Shown here: in pieces, positions 57,996 through 64,000 of the stretch | Layout: each line of letters begins with the position of its first letter | How positions within the stretch are numbered: the first letter of the stretch is position 1 | Translations under genes and position numbers: made by a program | The notes under the pieces: generated by a model | What the model was told of the DNA's origin: nothing | Databases searched by the model: none | The model's input: the letters and a program-made list of their open reading frames with translations, nothing else | From: Epithemia pelagica | Lineage: Eukaryota; Protista; Bacillariophyta | Reading direction: 5' to 3' | DNA: 64,000 bases | Assembly (NCBI GenBank): GCA_946965045.2 | Contig: OX337230.1 | Span: forward strand, 1,550,001-1,614,000

Positions 57996-58088
57996 TCCAG
58001 AAAGGGAGCGATTGGGTCGAGTGGCGGGTTGAGCTTGTGCTGCAGGTGGGACGGGATTGCTCGGACGCTCCGGTGAACCTACGACCGG

Positions 58089-59747
58089 CTAGGTCGTGTG
58101 TTGTTGTTGCTGCGATAAAGGCAGAGCCCCCTGGTAACCTCCTCCATAATGGGGTTGATTATAGGACGGGGGATGCCCATGGTAATGCGGCTGAGGATGA
58201 TACGGCGGCAGAGGATGATGCGGCGGAGGATGATACGAAGGAGGAGGATGATGATACGGCGGATGATGATACGAAGGAGGATGATGATGATGATGCGGCG
58301 GAGGATGATACGAAGGAGGATGATGACGATGCGGTGGATCATAATATGGCGGAGGATGAGGATGATGCGGTGGATCATAATACGGCGGAGGATGAGGATG
58401 ATACGGCGGAGGATGATGTGGTGGCAGCTGAGGGGGCGAATTGTAGTGCCCAGAAACGTCTTGCGGAGGAGGTGGAGAAGGAAGAGCAGGAGGACGAGCA
58501 ACAGCAGCAACTGAATGGAAAACAGTAGTAGAAGAGGTAGCGAAAGCCTTCTTTGTTTTTTTCCCGTCGTCTTCATTTTCATCACTGGGTCGACCGCGTT
58601 TCTTTCCCTCGTCTTCGTCGTCGTCACCTTTCGTCGACGGTCGGATAACCTGTTCGGAGGACGTTGGCAATTCGTCCGAAAGGTTATAAAACAAAGACAG
58701 CTCGTCGCCCTTTTCGATCGGCTTGATTGCCTTGACTAGAAGATTCGGCATGATTCTCACGTTGTATTGATCATCCGATTCATCCGGTGGATTGTCTGTA
58801 CCGTACCGATGGTGTAGGTGGTCGTTGATTAAGTGCAGCCCCATGCCGAAGTGATCGTCGTTGTCTGCTTGAAGCCTTCGATTGTCACGTCCGAACTGAA
58901 TCGCGTACTCGTTGGGTACAACTGTCCGAGACGTGACGTCGTTTCCCGTGTACGCGCCAATCACTTCACCATCTTTGATTGTCCGAACTGCAAAAACGCC
59001 AAACCCGGCGCCTGGGAGTTTTGACTCCTTCACCTCAAACAGAAGCACTTTTCCAAGGTAGATCTTGACTACCGGATTGTTTGCAAATGTGTAACCGACA
59101 CGCTTGCCGATCGTGAAGGTATGTTTTCTGTTCTTCTTGACAGGGAGACCCATTCCACCCGAAAGTGGCACAATCTTCCCCTTTTGCAAGCCTGAACCGG
59201 GCTTCCGAATTGGAGCTTCTTGGACCGAAAAAGTGGCCGAAATCTTCCGTGAGACATACTCTCCCATAGCACAGGCAAGTACAGCACTGTCTTTGATCTT
59301 GGAGAGCGTCTTGAGGCCTTCGGTGAAAGTCCTGATTGGATCCCGTCCAGAACGAGAAGGGAGTTTCTCCACTTCCTCGACGCCTTTCTTGTAGTCCGCT
59401 GTGCGCGTCTCGGTGAGGAGCTGCCGCATTTGAGTTTCCGAATACTGTTTGCTGTGGTCCTTCTCTGGATGGCCACGCCAAACATCTGCAAGCTTTTAAT
59501 CCTTCACTTCGGCAAAGTCTTGATCCGAAAGAAACCGATGGTGCTTTGTTGTTGTCGCTTCGTCTGTTGCTGCTGCTTCGGGTGCTGCGGCTGCTGCTGC
59601 TTCGGGCGCCGCTGCTGCTTTGGCTGACTGCTCTTCCGCTGCATCTATTGCAAGTATAAGAGCGTCAAGATTTCCTTTGTCACTCATGCTGTCTCGTTTT
59701 TGAGCGCCTGCTTTTGAATACTGTTTCTTAGGGCTTGGTTTCCCCAT
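58089..59747 (-). pseudogene. SET-domain protein with Pro/His/Tyr repeat tail; one in-frame TAA at 59496-59498
   Basis: ESKLPGAGFGVFAVRTIKDGEVIGAYTG..LHLINDH..VKAIKPIEKGDELSLFYN (~59050-58680). ORFs 59496-59801 and 58089-59429 share a frame. Confidence 0.75.
58150..58430. repeat. Degenerate short tandem repeat encoding (PPPSYHHP/PPYYDPPHH)n
   Basis: GGCGGAGGATGATAC- and GCGGTGGATCATAATA-like units on the + strand. Confidence 0.8.
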
Positions 59748-60158
59748 GGTCGAAACGCAAAAACTCGAAACACGAAACACAAGAAACACGAAACGCAGCA
59801 TTCTCCTCAGCCCTCAGCTCACATTCCAAAAAAAAATCTTGAGCTCACATACTAAAAAACGGTGAAGTTTTGGTATGTGGGCTGAGTTACTTAAGGATTT
59901 GCGTGCCAGTTTTGCGATGCGTGCGCGTTTTCGGAGAGGGGGGCGTGTTTCGCGCGAGGTCTGCTCCGAAAATCGTCCATTTTCTCGCTCTCTCACATTT
60001 TCGAGGTACTTACAAACTGATAATCCAACACGCAACACGAGCACGCAACACGGAAGTGATCATTGATACCAATAACTGACAAAAAATACATTCAATAAAA
60101 TGGATTGCTGTTATAAATAGTTAAGTTACATGCATTTTGATGATAAATGGAGATTAGA

Positions 60159-63100
60159 TCAGGTTTCTACTGCACCAGATCCTTGCGTTTCTCTCCAGAG
60201 ACGTGAGATGAAGCCATGATCTTGGTGGAAGGCGGATCGGTGACACTTGATTACTTTTGACATCTTTTCAATTTCGGCATACGAGAGGCCCACAGCTGCA
60301 TAGTCTCTGTTGTTGGAATTTTGATCGTTTAACAAGTACGCGAGCATATAGCGACGTGCCTTTGCTGACATTTTCCGCATGATTTCCGGTGTTGTTTTCT
60401 TCAGGCTCGCTGTCAAACATCGTAAAAAGGCAGCTTTGTCTTTCTTCTCATTCAGTGAGAAAGCACGAAAGACTTTTTTTGAGTAACCCCAGCCATACTC
60501 GATCCCCTCACCGGCCATTTCACAGTGATACTTGGTCGATACGAGAATCTCGATCCTGCAACGATGTCGTTCAGACAAGTCTTCCGCCAGCTTCTCCATT
60601 GCAGATTTTTCGTTCTTGAAATCGGAGCATTCGCTCATCAGATGAACAATAGAGTACTTTTTGTAGTCCGCCTGATAGGCTTCTTTCACAGTCTTCTTAT
60701 CCGCTTCCAACCATGCATCTCTGGTTGTCTTGACGTACTTGATCATGTTGTTAGGGTCTATCCACCCCCGCTCCCATAACACTTGAAAGAGCCCTTTTGC
60801 AGCATTCATCCAGCCTTCCTCGATCACATCATCTTCAATCACCGTTGCAATGTTGGAGCGTTTACAAAGGTCCTGTAGTTCACTAGCATTTTTTGATTGA
60901 AATGAACGTTGCATTCCAGGTCCCATGACCCGGACAAGTTTTGCCATGAGCTCCTTCTTTGTGAGGTTGCGCTTTTTCTTTCTACCAGTTTGGTGTGTAT
61001 TCTTCGATGCGACACGCTGCGCGTCATTGAGACGATGGCCTTTTTTAGCAACTGGACCACGATCGTTCTCCTAATAGACGAGGTGTTGTACGTCACCAAG
61101 TCGTAGTTTGTCGTCATGGTTGTACGGGCCAAGGCAAGCTTGATCAATAATTTGTGTGTCCCGCATGCTGGGAACAGCTCCTCCCCAGTCGTTATTCATG
61201 TTCAGAGCATTTAACCCATCGGATTGTTGTTTTCCATGACCACTGCTTTGGTCGAACAAAAAGACAAAGTCATGGGCGGGGAACATGACCACGAGGCAAT
61301 TGAAAATATCCTCCAACTGCAAGGCCATGTATTCATAATTCCAATATCCCTCTTTATCTGCTCCGTATTCAAAAAAGCGAGTGAACGGTTGTGTACCATG
61401 CCTTAGACGAGAAGGAAAACTGCTTGTAGATTGATTCGTCCTGGCCGATGAGGATGACAGGTTTGCGGTCGGAGGGAAACCTGTGTGACAAGTTTCCATT
61501 GTGAATTGTATTTTCTGGTTTGATGTACCGTTCAAATTCGCTTGGGAAGGCATCAACATGGTACTCCCGCATCTGCTTGCCTGTTGTTACATCAGTGTAC
61601 TCAAATACAAAGCTGTTTGGCAAGAGCTTCTCCTTGCCCGCATTCCCTTCGTTTTCAAGTTTGATTGCATCCTTGGTAGGGAGCTGCACCCACCGATACG
61701 ACAGCTCTTCCCACTTAAAGTACTTCTTGACAAAAGCAGCTCTGTGGGCAACATTCTCAGCATTTTTGTGTCGATCAGTGAAGTATGTTTTCGTGTGTTC
61801 CTTGAACGCGAACCCTGCAGCAGCAATACATCGCCACGCTGTGCTATGCAAAATGGTGGAAAGCTTCATCGATGCCAAGAAGTCCTCGTACAATACTGGC
61901 GTTGCATTCGTATCCATGCACTCTTGTACGATCATGGTATGCATATCCGGAAGCAATGTTGTCCTCAGGTACATTAGAGCAGACTCTGTTGTAAGAGTGC
62001 TCAGGTTTTCCTTTGCCCAGCATTCAAACTTGACCTTTGCTTCAGGTATGTGAACGAATAAGACGGGCGATGGCTCTTTCCCAATATGAACGTGGTAGTT
62101 GGGATGAGGGAAACTGTCGTTTTCCCGAAAGTACCTGTGAAAATGAGCAATGGTCTTGGGATGTTTTTTTACTTTTTCACCATAAATCTGTTCCATTTTG
62201 CTAATGGCTTTGCTTATGCAGTTCAGCCATGTACGACCGTGTGGCATATCAAGCAACGCTATCTTATAAGAAAGTTGTAAATACGTTGCCTTGAGCAGTA
62301 CCCTCTGTTGCTGTTCCTGGTTGAGGGGGAAGATGTCTCCCTTGTTAACCACATTCGGAAGTGCCTCCACGTTGGAAATGGCCCTCTCAAGGGTTTCTAT
62401 CCATCGCTCAAGATTTCGTTTTGACGATCCTGGAGAATCGCATTTGCTGGTAAAGAGCCTACGGTTCCTTGGCTCATCAAAATAGGTGCTTTCCATTTGT
62501 TGCGATAGACCTTGGATCATCTCACTCTCGAAAACTGAAAAACCAATTGGCAAACTCTGTGGATGGTCATGGCCGATTTCGTCTGTGGCCAATTCAGGAT
62601 GTTGGATTGCTCCAACAAGCACCTGATTTGTGTTGTCGTGAGGTGGTGACGTTTGCATTTCGGTAGGGCTGTCTCCAATTTGTGGCGGTTGACCATGTTG
62701 CTGCGTTGCAGTGCTCTTGATTGCTGGTGGAGTTGAAGTGTTTCTTGCTTGCTTGGATGTATTTAGCGTGCCTTCACGCAACCCTGGTGACTCTTCGTTC
62801 CTTCGCTTCGTTGGCTTCGCTCGTCCCGACCGCCGAATCACATTCTCGGCTGCAGCCTCCAGCCATTCTTGATGATCGTCCAACATCACTTGCAGGGTTG
62901 TTGTGTCTTTAGAGATGTAATAGAATGTGAAGCGTTCCCTTTTGATCGTATCTCTGTAGCGGTAGAAGCCATACTTGTTTGGCTTTTCAACATCATCGAA
63001 ACACATTGCAATGCTTTTTTCTCTTCGGAAAGCACGGTTCATTTCCAGCACAGACAATCCTGGCAACCAAGTGTTCATATATCCTACAAGCTCGACATCT

Positions 63101-63270
63101 TGGAACCACTTGTTGCAGAATCCAAACACGGTGGGTGAGCACTGCTTCCGAAACAGTTCAACAATCTCGTTCCCAGAAAAAATTCGTTCAATCCGAGACT
63201 GTGCTGCGTGAGGTGAGTCCGATGATCGTGTCATTGTGGATGATGTCGATGCGTTGAACTGTTGCCCCAT
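60159..63270 (-). pseudogene. IS630/Tc1/mariner-related DDE transposase, broken by a deletion/frameshift (~61400) and an in-frame TAG (61071-61073)
   Basis: ILIGQDES (D), FEYGADKEGYW, VFLFDQSSGH (D), STKYHCEMAGEGIEYGWGYSK (E region), RKMSAKARRYMLAY. No TIRs found. Confidence 0.72.
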
Positions 63271-63281
63271 TGGGGGTGGTT

Positions 63282-64000
63282 CAAGTAAACCCTAAAGCAT
63301 CCGGATGCAGCTCGGCAACAGTTGACAGACGGACCATACTCGGATCCAAGATTACACTCAAGACTAAAAACTATGTTGTCTTGCGCAACCACATGAATAT
63401 TAGGTATCCTCGCTCTGGATACCCACATGGAGTACAGCACGAATATCATGGTGGCAAAGCATTTGGACGCACACAGAGAATCAATCCTGGCTCTGTATCT
63501 GGAACCCAAGTAGGTATCCAAGACAATGATCATGGCAACGCAACTGGGGCAAAGCTGGGAGACAATGGCAACCCAATTGGGGCAGAGCTGGGAAATCTAT
63601 CTGATCACTTGGCTAGACCTAAAGTGAGAGTTCAGAATGATGGAATAGAGATGAACCAAGATGATGGTTCTTGTAATATCAAGAATGAACAAATCATGGG
63701 TAACCTTTCATCTAGCTATGCTGGCAATGGAGTCAACGAAGCCTTGAACAATCCTAAAGCTAGGAGTAGCTATAATGGCAATCAACTTGGAGCCAAGATC
63801 GATCACACTAGTTCTAGCTATTTAGCATCGCTTGGAGAGAAGCTAGTTCTATCTAGATCAATCTCGCAACCAAAATGCAAAGAGGGGGTGACAGTTCCAA
63901 AGAATTCCCCTTCAGCAGCAAATGGGAGAGCACTAGTTCTGGAAAAAGACCTTCCAACATCAGAAAGGGGGGCAATATGTTTGGAAAAAGACCAACCGGA
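63282..64000 (+). other. Open frame running off the window, possibly retroelement gag-like; unresolved
   Basis: No stop from ~63282 to 64000 in one + frame (..LRNHMNIRYPRSGYPHG..NGNQLGAKID..); Asn/Gly-rich and relatively CpG-poor. Confidence 0.3.

Noticed and set aside
1-64000. tRNA, rRNA, spliceosomal snRNA genes and the many short overlapping ORFs in the track
   Set aside because: No convincing cloverleaf, rRNA or snRNA signature seen by eye; the short ORFs are alternative-frame or antisense shadows of the long genes.

Overview
Eukaryotic, intron-containing DNA that looks like a diatom (type III metacaspase, bipartite plastid-targeting signal, CoDi-like copia elements). Three zones. (1) 1613-20235: four Dada-like DDE DNA transposons sit in one small divergent intergenic region between a type III metacaspase and a kinase. 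Two are apparently identical 4466-bp copies, one is a diverged intact relative joined head-to-tail through the same 7-nt core (GTTGTAG), and one is an inverted, broken element with a DEDDy 3'-5' exonuclease inside the transposase. The two intact families share a covarying double hairpin just after the transposase stop codon, a candidate transposon-encoded structured RNA and the best novel signal here. (2) 20487-46696: ordinary host genes (GAF-like/TKL kinase, HIRA, a diatom-type repeat-domain protein, condensin CAP-D2, PDZ/coiled-coil, plastid PDZ-2Fe2S, DnaJ, divergent Mago nashi). (3) 46873-64000: nested copia LTR elements (identical LTRs, TG..TA ends, GTTGT TSD, primer site matching a tRNA-Asn anticodon arm), then a decayed block with SET-domain and 2OG-Fe(II)-like genes beside an IS630/Tc1-like transposase. 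All family calls rest on motifs recognised by eye; no searches were run.
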